The notes: a model not told the origin generated them from the sequence alone. Positions 45,296 to 58,259 are shown, counted from the first letter of the stretch. The stretch is 64,000 nucleotides of DNA from Histomonas meleagridis 2922-C6/04-290x (GCA_020184695.1 JAANOX010000159.1:136971-200970); one strand, 5' to 3'. Translations and numbers: made by a program.

Positions 45296-47502
45296 TCAGC
45301 ACCATTCTTCGTAACCAATACACTCATGAGTTTGATGAGGGAGTGAGCAAATTCCACAAATTGAATTTTCATTTGTGGTTTTTATGCTTCTTGCTCTTCC
45401 TCTGTGTTTTTCTGTAGCATCTACTATAATCTAATGAGTTCCATCTATAAGATTAATTTCATTAACATCATTTATTTTGAATATATTATTTATAATGGTA
45501 CTTAATCATTGCATAACCTCATCATAAGTTTCTTTTGTTCTACTTGCAAGGGAAGCAATTGTTTTTCCTATATGATACAGCTCAAGATATCTACCTTTTG
45601 ATAAAAGTTCTGCCTTATTAATAGGTTTGCTTGGAATATCTTCTTTATTCTCAAAAAATTCAACATTACATTCTTGAATTCCACATAAAGAATTTATTTC
45701 CATGACTTCTTCTTGATTATAATTTAAGTTAATTTTCCAAAAATCATTTATATAATTCACATTATTGACATCTAAATAATGATGTAATGCTATTATTAAG
45801 TGAGCACATGGAATACCTTTGATAACAAATTCATTACAACCTCAGTAATCTCTTTTTGTTATACTTATGGTTTCATTTTGATTAAATTCATTAGTACAAA
45901 TATATCCCATATTTGGACCAATTTCAACTATTTCAAAATATATTGAACGCTGAATATTTTTAATAATTTTTTATTGTATTTTGGGAGACCCATTAATTCC
46001 GGATAATTCTTGGGTAATATTTCTTCTCTGCCTATACAATATTTGATTATTTGTTATTTTAGCATTTAAATCAATTTTGTTAATTTCATCTCTAATAGAA
46101 CAAAGTGATTTCATTAAATAATTTAATCTTCGTTTTATCATACGGTTTCGTGATTCTGCAATACTTGTCGTATTGCTTCCTCTTGTGAATGCATTGATTT
46201 TACTTTTAGCAAATTGAGTAATACAAGGTGTGAGGTTATCATCTATATGTTCATTCAGATTTTTGTCAATATTTTTTAACTTTTCAATTAAAGTATCAAT
46301 GTTGTCTGGATAATCACAATAACATATTTGATGGAATATATTAGCTGCCACCATTTTTTGTTTCTTATTTAATCCAATTTTATTTAATTGTTTGATGAAA
46401 TTTTTTTCAATGTGTTTTGCGCATAGAATATGTTTAGGGTTAAATCCTTCTTCTCTCAATTGTGAAAAAGCATGAATAAATGCACTGTCTTCATCAGTTA
46501 TTATAACTTTTGTATGAAACTCAGGAAGTGTTTGTAACATGGTAAATAACCATTTGATAATTGTTTGGTACATTATGGCAGAAAAAAGTATTCCACCTGA
46601 TTTAATATGTAAATATTGGTCTAACATTGAAATGGGAGTCATTTCCCATTTTAAAAAATGACTCGGTATTTGTGTTCCATCGATTTGAATTACATCAGAA
46701 TATACGTTTAAATTTTCCAACTCATATGGCATTAATGAGAGAATCGCAATTCTTTTAATTTTTCCTTCTTCTCCAACATCAAATGTTAATGTACAACCAC
46801 CATTTTCATTAATAAAATTTTGTAATTCAATTGAATCTGGAGTAAAATGTTCTAATTCTTTTTGATAAATAATTTGAGCTATATCAAATGTTGTAAAAGA
46901 AAAAGTTGGAACAATTAACGGTAAAATTTTTTGAATTTGAGAAGGAGACATTAATTTCCCAATCTTTTGATAACTGGAACTGTACTATCGTCTTTTAATA
47001 ACGATGCATATTCACTATGGTTGTGAAAAAGTATGGATTTACATGAAATATAGAAATCATTTGATCCTTTTTTTGTAATAATAATTTGATATTTGCATTC
47101 TGTTTTATTTGTAGATTTTACATTATAAATCTTTCCACCTTTTTCACAATATAATCGAAAATAACTCAATGAATTTTTTCCATCTTTTTCATTAAGTTTA
47201 AATCCGTTTTTTAATGCTTCTGTAGACAAATATTCGATAAAAGATGAAATATTATCCATATGAATAGTTGACAATACATCCATGTTAAAAAACTCTATTC
47301 CACTTTGGTAAATAGGAACAAACTCACATCCTTGTTTAATAAATAATTGTTGAATAGAATAATTTTGTTTAATTGAATGAATTATCACAGAAATTAGTAA
47401 CAACTGAAAAGCTTCGAATGGAACTTTGTCTATTGTTGGAATTTTTTCATATAACTCTTCATAGGAAGGAATTCGTTCCATGACAATATAAAAAAGTGAC
47501 AT
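45296..47502 (-). mobile_element. Decayed Mutator-like (MULE) transposase
   Basis: FAR1/WRKY-like RLYCEKGG...KTEC...HNH, DDE core (IQIDGT, IITDEDSAF, CAKH, SIAESRN), SWIM-like *GCNEFVIKGIPCAH, terminal CGICSLPHQTHEC knuckle. One -1 frameshift at 46951-46960 and four in-frame stops. Confidence 0.85.
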
Positions 47503-49098
47503 AAGTGGCCATGGTTTGGAAAATATAACACATTATAAATATATTTATACTTTATTAATTATGAAACAACATGTAATAACTTACATTAATACACATAATT
47601 AATTTATTTTTAAGGCATCATTAGATTATTAAATAAAAATGTTCTGTTGACGAGAGAATTTTCGTATAAATTCAAATGTATGCATAATATTTTATATCGT
47701 TATATACTTTTTTTTCCACTTATATATTTGGGGGTTTAAATAATCATCATATTATACAGTGTCGCATTTATAATCATTATAACTGTTAGAAGTTTTTTTC
47801 AACAATTAAAATCCATGATTTGTAAACAGTCGTCACCGATATAATATTGTATGTTAATAAATCTATAAAATTGTAATAGATCAAAACAAAACAGACGGTT
47901 GACACTCTAACCGTAATATCTTCTCAAAAATTATTATTCAATTCCATCTATCGGAGCGGCTCTCAGTTTTTCCTAAAAAATTTCGGTTATTTTTTCTGAT
48001 GTTTATTCTTCACATGTATCGTCATTCAATATTGAAAAGTTTATTATTAGAAAAAGTTTCATATGCGAATTAAATGATTTACTTACGCACTTTTTCCTTC
48101 TTATTGTAGGTGCTGACCATTTTTTACTATATAATGTCAACCAGCGAGCTCCTATAATGATTTGATTTATTTTTTTATCAATTTTTTTCTTTTTTTATCT
48201 TCTTTTAATTTTTTTCTTATCTTATTATTCTCTTTTTTAAAAGTGGGGCATAAACGGTCTCCCGGGAAATTTATTTTTTTTCAAGAAACCTCTGTGAATG
48301 TAATACTTACGATTAAAAAATAAACAATATTTCTGTCTGATGATGTACTTATTATTTATTGAAATATTAAGATTTTTGATAAAATATCGATAATTCCATA
48401 TACAAACAAATTTTGTTTTTTTACATATTTCACATTACTTTCTAAGTTAATTTTTTTTTAAAGTATCCATATTTTGATCTTCAACACTTGGTTTTCCCAT
48501 CAATTATTGAGATTTAAGCTTAATATATTGTATGATTAAAATATATATTCACATAAATTTTACGAATAGAAAAACGAGCTTTAAGCAAATTGATTCACAG
48601 AATTGTACGCAAGTAACAATTATTTTGATAATTAAAATCGATTTATTTTCAAGATAAGATTTATGTTGATTAACTTTTTTTTGCCTTGTAAATGAAGTTT
48701 TTATCATTCTGCTTGTATAATTTCACGTTGAATTTGAAGTTCATGAATGTTAGGTGAATCATATGATGCTATTTTTTACATATATACTGCAGACTTAGAT
48801 TGAGTGCATTAAAGCATTAGTTATTTATATATGCATTCGTTTGCTTCAGTAAGAAAAACCATTATACATATGTATTTATGTAATTAAAATAATGAAAATG
48901 ATTTTATAATGACAAAAAGTATTAATTAATACGTATATTCAATGTTTCAACAAGTTGAGATAAGAATACTCTTTCAAACCAAAAATAATGATTACTTATA
49001 ATTTTTAATGAGAAAATTCATAATTTCACAAATATACCCGGAGTTAATTACGTGAGTCCAATAACTTCTATCTTCTCAAACTCATTAACTTGATATTT

Positions 49099-49511
49099 TT
49101 AATTAAGAAAAATGACACAACAACCAAGAAGACAGTAAGACGGAATGCAATTATTGTATATATTAATCAAAGCATCTTTGCAAGACAATTGAAATTGACA
49201 TGTTGGTGTAAGTGGTTCCGAAATATTTTCCCATCCTCTACAGCCATGAAGATTTCCAAAATTAATTCCAATTCTCACACCTTCTCCTAAAAATGCATCA
49301 TGGAAGCTATCAATTATGGACGGCTTCATGGCAAAAATGGAAGATGCAAAAACAGCCAATTAAGATATTCGAAATAAGAGTCCCATACGCAAAGTAAATT
49401 AATTCTCGAAATATACCTATTAATGAAAACATTCCAATGATTAAAACAGGGAGTGTAAACACTTTTCAATAACTTTATTATAAAAAGTTGGGAATCATTT
49501 TCACAAACCAT
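49099..49511 (-). pseudogene. Fragment resembling the C-terminal part of a TBC (Rab-GAP) domain
   Basis: HWNVFINRYISRINLLCVWDSYF resembles the TBC pattern W...F......LRxWDxxF; broken into overlapping frames. Confidence 0.4.
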
Positions 49512-49679
49512 TTTTTTGAATAAAAGTTATTTTAATTCTTTTACTCCATAACTATATTTTGAAACTATTTCCATTAGATATTGAACAATTTATTTATTAC
49601 CCAAATGATAGTAATATTTTCATAAAATAAAAAAAAAAAAAAAATTATAATCAAATAAATATTTATTTCATAAATAACA

Positions 49680-51598
49680 TTAGTCATTCCATAATGAATT
49701 ATTTTTAACGTTATAAATCCTCAACATCCAATTCTTTGTAGTATATACCTCATTAAAATACCACAAACTAAAGTCAGTAGTAAATGTTACATTTCGTACC
49801 ACATCAAAACCTTTTTGCTTAGTTTTCATATTTTCAAATTCGCCAAATCTATAATAAGAAAATTTAAACAATGTTGATTTCTTCATTTTTTGTTTCATTC
49901 CAGGTCCTACAATAAAAAGGATAATTTTTCATTTATATATTCACTAACGTTTATATTATCCATTGATTCCAAAACAGATTGAAATCTATTTATATCATCT
50001 AACACAAACCCAGAAGCACCTCCAAAAGAAATAACACAATAATCAACATCATATTCCTTAGCAATTTCAAATGCTTTTTCCTCATTAACAACAGCTAAAA
50101 ACGAAACATTATTAATATGTGAAATATTATTTGTATTACCATCAATTAAAGTCGTTTTATTTGCTATAGACCATAATTGATAACCAATATCCCAAAATGA
50201 CCAAATTATATCATTTTGATTTGTGTTCATATATAACCATCTATAAGCTTCTCTATGATCATCAGAAATCGAATCTGATAATTCATAATTGATATAATTA
50301 TTAGAAAAGATATTAGATGATATATGAACAGTAAAGAAAATATGAAAAATAAAAATTATAAAAAGAAAAAGAAAAGAAAACAACGCTTTAAATGTTTTCT
50401 TATGTTTTAAAATCATTAAAATTATATTATGAATTGAAAATGATATAACAAAAGTAAAAAATGGAAATGAAAAAACAAAAAGTCGAACAGAAAAAAGTCC
50501 GAAAAAAAATGTTAAAATCCCCAATGAAAAAATTAGAATTGAAGTATTATTATGTATATAATAAATTTTATATAAACCATAAGGAAATAAAAATAAAAGA
50601 GGACCAAACGTTATGAAACATGTTATGAATGAAGAAGATTGATTTTCAGAAATCGCTGAAAATAATTTCGAATTTTTTAAGTTTTTAATTTTGAATATAT
50701 ATAAAACTTTTTCGGGAAATTTATATAAAAATATTAACAATAAAACAAACAAAAATATTATTAAATTCCTTTTTTTAAAATGAAAAAATATATTTAATGA
50801 ATAAAAATTTAAAAAAAGAAAAACTAAAATCGAAAATAAAAATTCATTCGAATTTATAACTTTCTGTTTTGTTATTGGTAATGAAAAAGAAAAAAGTATT
50901 CCGAATATAAACCATAACGAATATGTAATATAAATACGAAATGAAAAATTTCCTTTTAATAGAAGAAGTAATACAAAAAATGGAATTGAATTTGTTACAA
51001 ATGAAAATCCGCCCCATGTAATCATTAATAAACCATATGAAAGAATTAAAATGAATTTGTATGTAAAATTATCAGATGAAATCGATTTGAGAAATGAATA
51101 AAATATAATTTGTAAAAATGTAACGGAAATTGATTCATAGTCATAACAGCCGGAAGAAGTATACGAAATAAGACCTGGAAGAGTGGCTGTTATTAATGAA
51201 TTTAAGTACCCAATTCTTGTGGATTTGATTAGATTGCCAAATAAGTACGAGAAAATTAAATGTATTATCGAAAAGAGAAGACTTATATGAATGCATACAT
51301 ATTTGAGTGATATATCAATGTGAAGATATTGAAAAAATCTTTTGATGTAATTACTTAAAATCATTAATCCTGGATAAGAAGTTTCTCCTATCATTCTGCC
51401 GTATGGATGCCATGAGGTATTATCAAACCAATTAAGAAATTCAGAAATACCGTTCTTATTGATGAATTCTGTCGATTTCCAATTAAAATGTGAATCGAAT
51501 TCCTGAATGAGTGGTTCATATTTTATTTCCGAGAATAGTCTTAAAAATAAATCAAGAAATATGCATAAAGATATAGTTAAAATAGTGAAAAGTTTCAT
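49680..51598 (-). CDS. STT3: Divergent STT3 oligosaccharyltransferase catalytic subunit (one frameshift)
   Basis: SWHPYGRMIGETSYPGL, GCYDYE, DDHREAYRWL, SFWDIGYQ, IDGNT, DDINRF, then after a frameshift at the run at 49914-49918, STLFKFSYYRFG. Confidence 0.85.
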
Positions 51599-52428
51599 CA
51601 ATCCATTTTTTGGTGAACGTTAAATTCCAAATTTTTTCTTCCTTGAGAATACACCACCCATCACAGTTATTATTCAAGTATTCTAAACACGATATTATAT
51701 TATTCATGAATCAAATGCATATTCCAAGATTGATTGTTAAGTTGCTGAATCAATCATTTCGGAAAACATTTTTTCGAGTTTTGTTTATGAATATACATTG
51801 CATTTTTACTCATCTGAAGTTTCATTTTTTTTATATATTTGTATTGAAATTATAATGTAATAAATTAATTTATTTTGAGATCTTATTTGTATTTTTATCA
51901 TATTTTCTTTTCTTATATCATTGCACTTGAAACTTAATTATTTAATTTGTCTTTTCACCGAAGATCAGACAAAATTTTGAGAATTGCAAATGGAATTTTA
52001 GTAAAGAATCTTTGTTTCATAATTTAATGATTTCATGTATAAAATTTGTGCATATTTTTTATTATTCGAGCTTTCAATGAATCTTTTTCAAGCATCAAGG
52101 TGTTATCATGCCAGAAACACATTGAAATTTCAATGCGAAAAAAATGCCACTATTGCACCTTAAATACCATTTGTAACTCCCTTTAATTATGTCACCTTTC
52201 TTAAGAAAGAATTCTATACAAACTAGCAACAATACAAAACTAACTTCAAGTTAGTTAAAAATGGAGAAAATGAAAACACTCAATATTTAACATATTCACT
52301 TTCTCTTATTACAATTTGCATATAAATTCTGGAAAATCAAATTTTGGTTATAACATTATACATCAACAGCGTTCACCATATTAAAAATATCTCAATTCCA
52401 TATTAATTTATTTATCTTTTATTATAAT

Positions 52429-53646
52429 TTATTTTGGTACTTCAAAACCTAATGACACCCAACCTTCTCTCAGGTTATGTGCCCTTGCAAACACTTCCAG
52501 GTACAGTCCGTTCGGGAACACCTCCTCAATGATGTCATACAGTTCCACAGGCTTATGGCTTTGTCTCAAGCTTCTCGGGCACACGATCAAATCCCTAAAC
52601 TTTTCGGGCACCATATTATCGAATTTTTTCCCTTTCACACCGACTAAACATGTTTCCTTGTTATGCTGTAAGTAATGGCCGTTCGAAGGCTTGTACAAAC
52701 CTTTTCGACTTGTCTTTATCCAATTCACACAATTCACAACTTTATACTCCCACATGTCTAACATCGTAAGTCCGACAGGTAGCATCGAAGCTACGACCCA
52801 CAAAAAGATAAAACCATCACTTTGCACATGATGAATTTGCATCTTTGCAATGTCATCATATTTCATTTGTTCATATCCGAGAATTACTCCGCGAGTAATT
52901 TTTTGGTCTTGAAGTTCCCAGGGAGGGTCCATGACAATGACATCAAATTGCATCCGACGGCCTAAGTCTGCCCAATCAAATGATAAAACATTAGCCATTA
53001 TCGAAATGGTTTGATTCATATCTTCATCATATGGTGTAACAACAATAAACTTGTCTTTAAGATCAGATGGAGTGTTGGAAATAGCTGCATCCAATTCGTC
53101 TATTAATTCGTCTATTTCTGTGTCCGAAAGATGTTGAATATAATCCATATCAAATAATGCCATTTGACCCTCGAGTCCAAAAAATTGCATCTTGTCCTCG
53201 GCTGCAGGATTATATGATGGAAGAAGTGTGTTGATATTGTTACAACCTTTGGGAAAATATTTATCAGGATGTAATATGTTCCCTTTAATCTTGTCATAAG
53301 GAACAAATTGACACTCTGTACCCATGGGTGATGTGTGAATATCGTCGTCATCAGTGGAACGTTGGTTCTTACGAATTAATCCTGTGGCTAATTGTGGAAA
53401 ATCAAATTTTATGCGCTTGTTGGTATTTTTGCGCTTTGTACTGATGGGGTGGAAGTGGTGCGATTTGTAAGGTTTGATGGGTTTAGGTTCTGGTATCCAT
53501 TCTTCTTCATCTTCATCTTCAGTTTTCTTAGATCGAGATTTCGTTTTTTTCTTCTCATCTTTTAGCATCTCGCCTTCATCAGAACTGAAGCTTTCATCTG
53601 AATCTACAAAAAAGTCAGCATAAGGAACGCGCGGAACATTCCTCAT
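52429..53646 (-). CDS. MT-A70 adenine methyltransferase, AMT1/MTA1-like (putative DNA 6mA writer)
   Basis: FDVIVMDPPW, TRGVILGY, DGFIFLWV, GHYLQHNKETCLVGVKG, QSHKPVELY, LEVFAR. Confidence 0.85.
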   Translation of the reverse strand: MRNVPRVPYADFFVDSDESFSSDEGEMLKDEKKKTKSRSKKTEDEDEEEWIPEPKPIKPYKSHHFHPISTKRKNTNKRIKFDFPQLATGLIRKNQRSTDDDDIHTSPMGTECQFVPYDKIKGNILHPDKYFPKGCNNINTLLPSYNPAAEDKMQFFGLEGQMALFDMDYIQHLSDTEIDELIDELDAAISNTPSDLKDKFIVVTPYDEDMNQTISIMANVLSFDWADLGRRMQFDVIVMDPPWELQDQKITRGVILGYEQMKYDDIAKMQIHHVQSDGFIFLWVVASMLPVGLTMLDMWEYKVVNCVNWIKTSRKGLYKPSNGHYLQHNKETCLVGVKGKKFDNMVPEKFRDLIVCPRSLRQSHKPVELYDIIEEVFPNGLYLEVFARAHNLREGWVSLGFEVPK

Positions 53647-53950
53647 ATTTGGCGGTTTTTATGTGCAAATTATGAAATGTGAAATGAAATAAAACGTTTT
53701 TGAGCAACTTTTTAATAAACTATTTAAAAACTATTTTTATTCGAAATTTTTATGTTTTCCCCTTAATCCCAATTAAAAATATATCACATTATTCGTTTAC
53801 ATTTCAAAAAAAATTTTTTTTTAAACTTACCGAATCTAAATACTATTTTTCTATAGTTTTTTAAATTATTAATGCAAAATTATAGAGCATTATTATGATT
53901 TTTATTACGCACTATATTCAAGTTCTTTTCGTGAAAGAACATTTAAGTGT

Positions 53951-56740
53951 TTAAAGTTTACCAAAGAAATCATTTTCTTTGAAATCTTCTGCAAACGGAT
54001 CTTCATCAACATTAGAGAAGTTCATAGCATTGCTCAACGATATATCAGTATTAACTATATTTTCATCTTTTGCACTTTCTTCAAGATCTAGTTTCCTGCA
54101 ACGGGAACGAACCAACAAAGCAACAATTACAATAATAACTATAACTACTATAACACAAACGCATGCAACGATAATTATTTGATTCGACTTATTTTGATTG
54201 TCATTTTGTTCATTTTGATTAAATACTGTATAATAACCTGAATAATAAGAAATAAATGAAGAATATGCAATAACAGTATATTCATAAGAAATTATGTAAG
54301 TTTCAAAATAAGAATACATTGAGCCAAACAAAGAAAACGTAATAGTATTTGTAAAAACAGATTTAGAAAATATTGTTTCTAAAAGCGATTGTGTGAAAAT
54401 TATACTATAAACAAATGTTTCTTTGAAATGTCTTGAAGGTGTAAATGTATTGGATTGACTAAATGTGTTAGATTGACTAAATGAATTGGATTGTGTGAAA
54501 GTATTTGAAAATGTATTTGATTCAGAGAAAGTATTGGATTGAGTGAATGAATTTGACCTTGTGAAAGTATCTGATTGAGAAAAAGTATTGGATTGAGTGA
54601 ATGAATTCGATTGAGTAAATGAATTTGAGGATGTAAATGTATTTGAAAATGTATTTGAATCTGTAAAGGTGTGAGTTGGCCATGGGTATTGATCACATTC
54701 ATAAACTGCTGATAATGGCGATATGCTAAGCGCACCAAATGTTGTGTCCTGATATAAATCTGATGTCATAACATATTTTGCTGGCACATTATCAAAAGCA
54801 TTGGAACTCACATAAGTTGGTGATTCATAACCTGTGAAATAAATACAACTGAGATCGTTACGGTATTGAAATACATAGTTTTGAATTGTTTCGACATTTT
54901 TTCCAATGATTAATGTCTTCAATGAAGAACATGAATGAAATGCCGAACTTCCAATAGAATTAATTGTATCAGGAATTGTAATATTAGTTAATGATGTACA
55001 TGAATGAAATGCAAAATCTTTGATTGAATTAACACTTTCACCAAAATCAATTATTTCTAATTTAGAACATGAGTTAAAGAGAGAACTTTCAATTGTAGTG
55101 ATTGAATCGGGGATTTTAATATGTACTAATGAAGAACATGAATGAAATGCTGAATTTCCAATTGTCGTGACTGAATTTGGAATTTCTATATTTGTTAATG
55201 ATGAACATGAATAAAATGCATATGTTCCAATTGATGTAACATTTTCGCCAATAATGACTGTTGTTAAATCAGAGCATGAATAAAATGTATACGTTCCAAT
55301 TGATGTAACTAAATTTGGTATTTGAATGCTTGTCAATGAACCGCATTCATAAAATGCATATGTTCCGATTGAAGTTAGCTTTTTTCCTAAAATAATTGTT
55401 GTTAATTTTGTACATGAATTGAATATGTAATTTCCAATTGTTGTAACCGAATCTGGAATTGTAATATTTGTGAATAATATACATTCAGAAAATGCATAAT
55501 TTCCAATTGAAGTAACTAAATTTGGTATATGAATATTCGACAATGATGAACATTTAGAAAATGCATATGTTCCAATTGATGTTACATTTTTACCAATAAT
55601 AGCTGTTTCTAAATCAGAGCATGAACTAAATGCTGAATCTCCAATTTCTGTAACTGCATCAGGAATTGTAAGATTTGTTAATGATGAGCATGAACAAAAT
55701 GCATATGATTTAATTGAAGTAATAATTTCACAAATAATAACTTCTTCTAAGTTAGAGCATAAATAAAATGTATATGAATCATTTAACGTCACCATCTTCG
55801 GAATTACAATATTTAATAATAATTTGCATCCATAAAATGAATATCCACCAATTTTTGAAACACTTTCTCCAAAAATTATGTATTCTGATTTTGAACATGA
55901 TCGAAATGCTGAGACTCCAATTGATGTAACTGAATCTGGAATTATAATATTTTTTAATGCTGAACATGAATAAAAAGTATAATTCATAATTGAGGTTATT
56001 AATTTTGGAATCACAATATTTATAAGTGAAGAACATTGATAAAATGCATAAGATCCAATTGATGTTACAATATTTGGAATTGTAATATTTATTAATGATA
56101 AACATGAATAAAATGCATAATCATCAATTATTTGAACTGTATTTGGTAATTCGAATGTTTCATTAGAAATTCCTGGTGGAAAACAAATAATTTTTGTAAT
56201 ATCTTTATTATAAAGAATTCCTTTATTTCCATCAGAATAATTATTATTTTCATCAGATACTTCAGTAGATTTAAGATTTTTACATCCAATAAAAGTTGGC
56301 GTTCCAATGGATGTAACTGATTTTGGTATCTTAATTTTGCTTAATGATGAACATGAATAAAATGCATAATATCCAATAGATGTCAAGCTTTCGCCTAAAC
56401 TAATAGAGGTTAAACTTGTACATGATTGAAAAACATAATTTCCAATAGAAGTGACCGAGTCACCAAAGGTAACTGTAGTCAATTTAGAACAAGATTTAAA
56501 TGCAGAATTTCCAATTTTAGTGACTGAGCTTGTTATTTCGACAGTAAGCAACGAAATCAATGAAGAAAAATCTCCAGTAGCAATTTCAGTAACGCCACCA
56601 GTAATCTTTAAATATTTGGTTGTTAGCAAATATAAAAACTTAAAAGCATAATCCAAACTATTAGATATTGTAAGAGTTTTTGTTAACAGCGAATATCCTT
56701 CATACGATTGAGTGAAAAAGAGAATAAATAAAAGGAAAAG
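53951..56740 (-). CDS. BspA-like TpLRR surface protein with (TFTQSN)n stalk, TM and DPF tail; start codon apparently damaged
   Basis: About 25 LRR units; stalk; TM IIVACVCVIVVIVIIVIVALLV. The frame extends upstream of the TTG at 56656 through LFLLFILFFTQSY, preceded by AT|CTT instead of ATG CTT. Confidence 0.85.
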   Translation of the reverse strand, partial: LFLLFILFFTQSYEGYSLLTKTLTISNSLDYAFKFLYLLTTKYLKITGGVTEIATGDFSSLISLLTVEITSSVTKIGNSAFKSCSKLTTVTFGDSVTSIGNYVFQSCTSLTSISLGESLTSIGYYAFYSCSSLSKIKIPKSVTSIGTPTFIGCKNLKSTEVSDENNNYSDGNKGILYNKDITKIICFPPGISNETFELPNTVQIIDDYAFYSCLSLINITIPNIVTSIGSYAFYQCSSLINIVIPKLITSIMNYTFYSCSALKNIIIPDSVTSIGVSAFRSCSKSEYIIFGESVSKIGGYSFYGCKLLLNIVIPKMVTLNDSYTFYLCSNLEEVIICEIITSIKSYAFCSCSSLTNLTIPDAVTEIGDSAFSSCSDLETAIIGKNVTSIGTYAFSKCSSLSNIHIPNLVTSIGNYAFSECILFTNITIPDSVTTIGNYIFNSCTKLTTIILGKKLTSIGTYAFYECGSLTSIQIPNLVTSIGTYTFYSCSDLTTVIIGENVTSIGTYAFYSCSSLTNIEIPNSVTTIGNSAFHSCSSLVHIKIPDSITTIESSLFNSCSKLEIIDFGESVNSIKDFAFHSCTSLTNITIPDTINSIGSSAFHSCSSLKTLIIGKNVETIQNYVFQYRNDLSCIYFTGYESPTYVSSNAFDNVPAKYVMTSDLYQDTTFGALSISPLSAVYECDQYPWPTHTFTDSNTFSNTFTSSNSFTQSNSFTQSNTFSQSDTFTRSNSFTQSNTFSESNTFSNTFTQSNSFSQSNTFSQSNTFTPSRHFKETFVYSIIFTQSLLETIFSKSVFTNTITFSLFGSMYSYFETYIISYEYTVIAYSSFISYYSGYYTVFNQNEQNDNQNKSNQIIIVACVCVIVVIVIIVIVALLVRSRCRKLDLEESAKDENIVNTDISLSNAMNFSNVDEDPFAEDFKENDFFGKL

Positions 56741-58259
56741 ATTTTTATATTTAAATTTTTCTTTATTATTGATTTTGTGAAATTTCTTTTGAAAATGAAT
56801 CTTGTTTTTAAATTTAAAAATAAGTAAACGAAAAATTATTAAAAAAAAAATTTGGCCTGTATAGAAAAATAAGGTAAATATCTAATATCAGTAAAATTAT
56901 TATGAGCTGTGTCTGCATTTACATAATAACGGTTGGAAATTTCAATTTCATGAATGTTTTGTTGATCGAACATATTAAATTTTGAACTTGAACAAAGGTC
57001 ATTACTCTTTTTGAACATTTGACATGAAAAAAGTTGAAGTCCCTGATTGCTCATCAAACGCACCCGAGCCCACAAATGACCAATGGATTCAAACATGCTC
57101 AATTTGTTGGTGGTTGGATAAATTCAAAAATATTTTTTTTTGACTCAAAATAACTCAACTTTTTGATTGAATTCAAAATATCAATGCATTTCTATGAGAA
57201 ATTATCGGAGAAAAAAATTCTACACAATTCTTTCACATATTTAAACGTTCTTTCATTTCTTTTCCATAACCGTTTGTGATTTTCGTAATCTTCTGAAAAA
57301 ATTAATTTCCTGACTTTTTTATAAGTTTACTTTAGAGTAAAAACGCGGCTTTCCATAATAAGTACTTTATATTTTGCAAAATAGGGAAAAATTAATTAAT
57401 TCTTGAAAGTTAAAATTTTTAATTTAATTAGTTAAACATATTTCCCATAATTTCACATGACCAATGTTTGAATTAGTTCTTAGTTATTGAGATATGAATT
57501 AATAATTTCCTTATTGTTTTAAATCTGTCTTATGAAATTCTTCATGAAATGTGGTGATCATTAGCCCTGATTTAATGACATAAACTCAATTTTTTAACAA
57601 GCTATGAGCAAAATTCTGAATTTTTTTAAGCATATGCAAATTACATTTAATTTTCCAGTAAAATTTTATTGGAATAAAACATGTGAATAGAATTATTTAA
57701 GTTTTTGATTATAAGCTGAAGCAAAAAAGGTTGTGGTACGATAGAAAATCTGGTGATTTGTTGAAGCAAATTGATCTTCGGAAATAGATGAGAACTAGCA
57801 CCTCTTCTCTTCGGAACATTAAAAACTCCAAGTCAAGATGGGGTTAGGAACTAATTTATCAAGTAAACTATTCAATAAAAATGCAACAAACGTGTAAAAA
57901 CGTTGAATATTTTACATGTAAAATGATCGTCAGCTATTGAAATTCTAAAGCTTTTTTAAAATGCCAAACCCAAAGAAAAGCAATAAAATGCTTATGTTAT
58001 TACACATTTGGCAGAAATTTAGAAATATATCATGAAAATAAAGAATATATTTTAATTTCGAAAAATTAGCATGTTACCACCTACATAAAAAATAAGGAAA
58101 TTTCCTTATTCGTATCATACAAAAAAATATTAAAGTGCACAAAACTGATAAGCTATAATTTATTGAGAAAAATGTATTTAAAATGAACTCTTGTAAAAAT
58201 TCCTGCCCAAAAAAAGTCAGTGGGAAAAAAACGGTTATAAAGGTTTAGACAAAAGGAAG

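Noticed and set aside
56839-57120. Possible Tc1/IS630 C-terminal motif (PPTN*ACLNPL / GHLWARVR)
   Set aside because: Needs frame stitching, and no upstream DD residues or TIR were recognisable.
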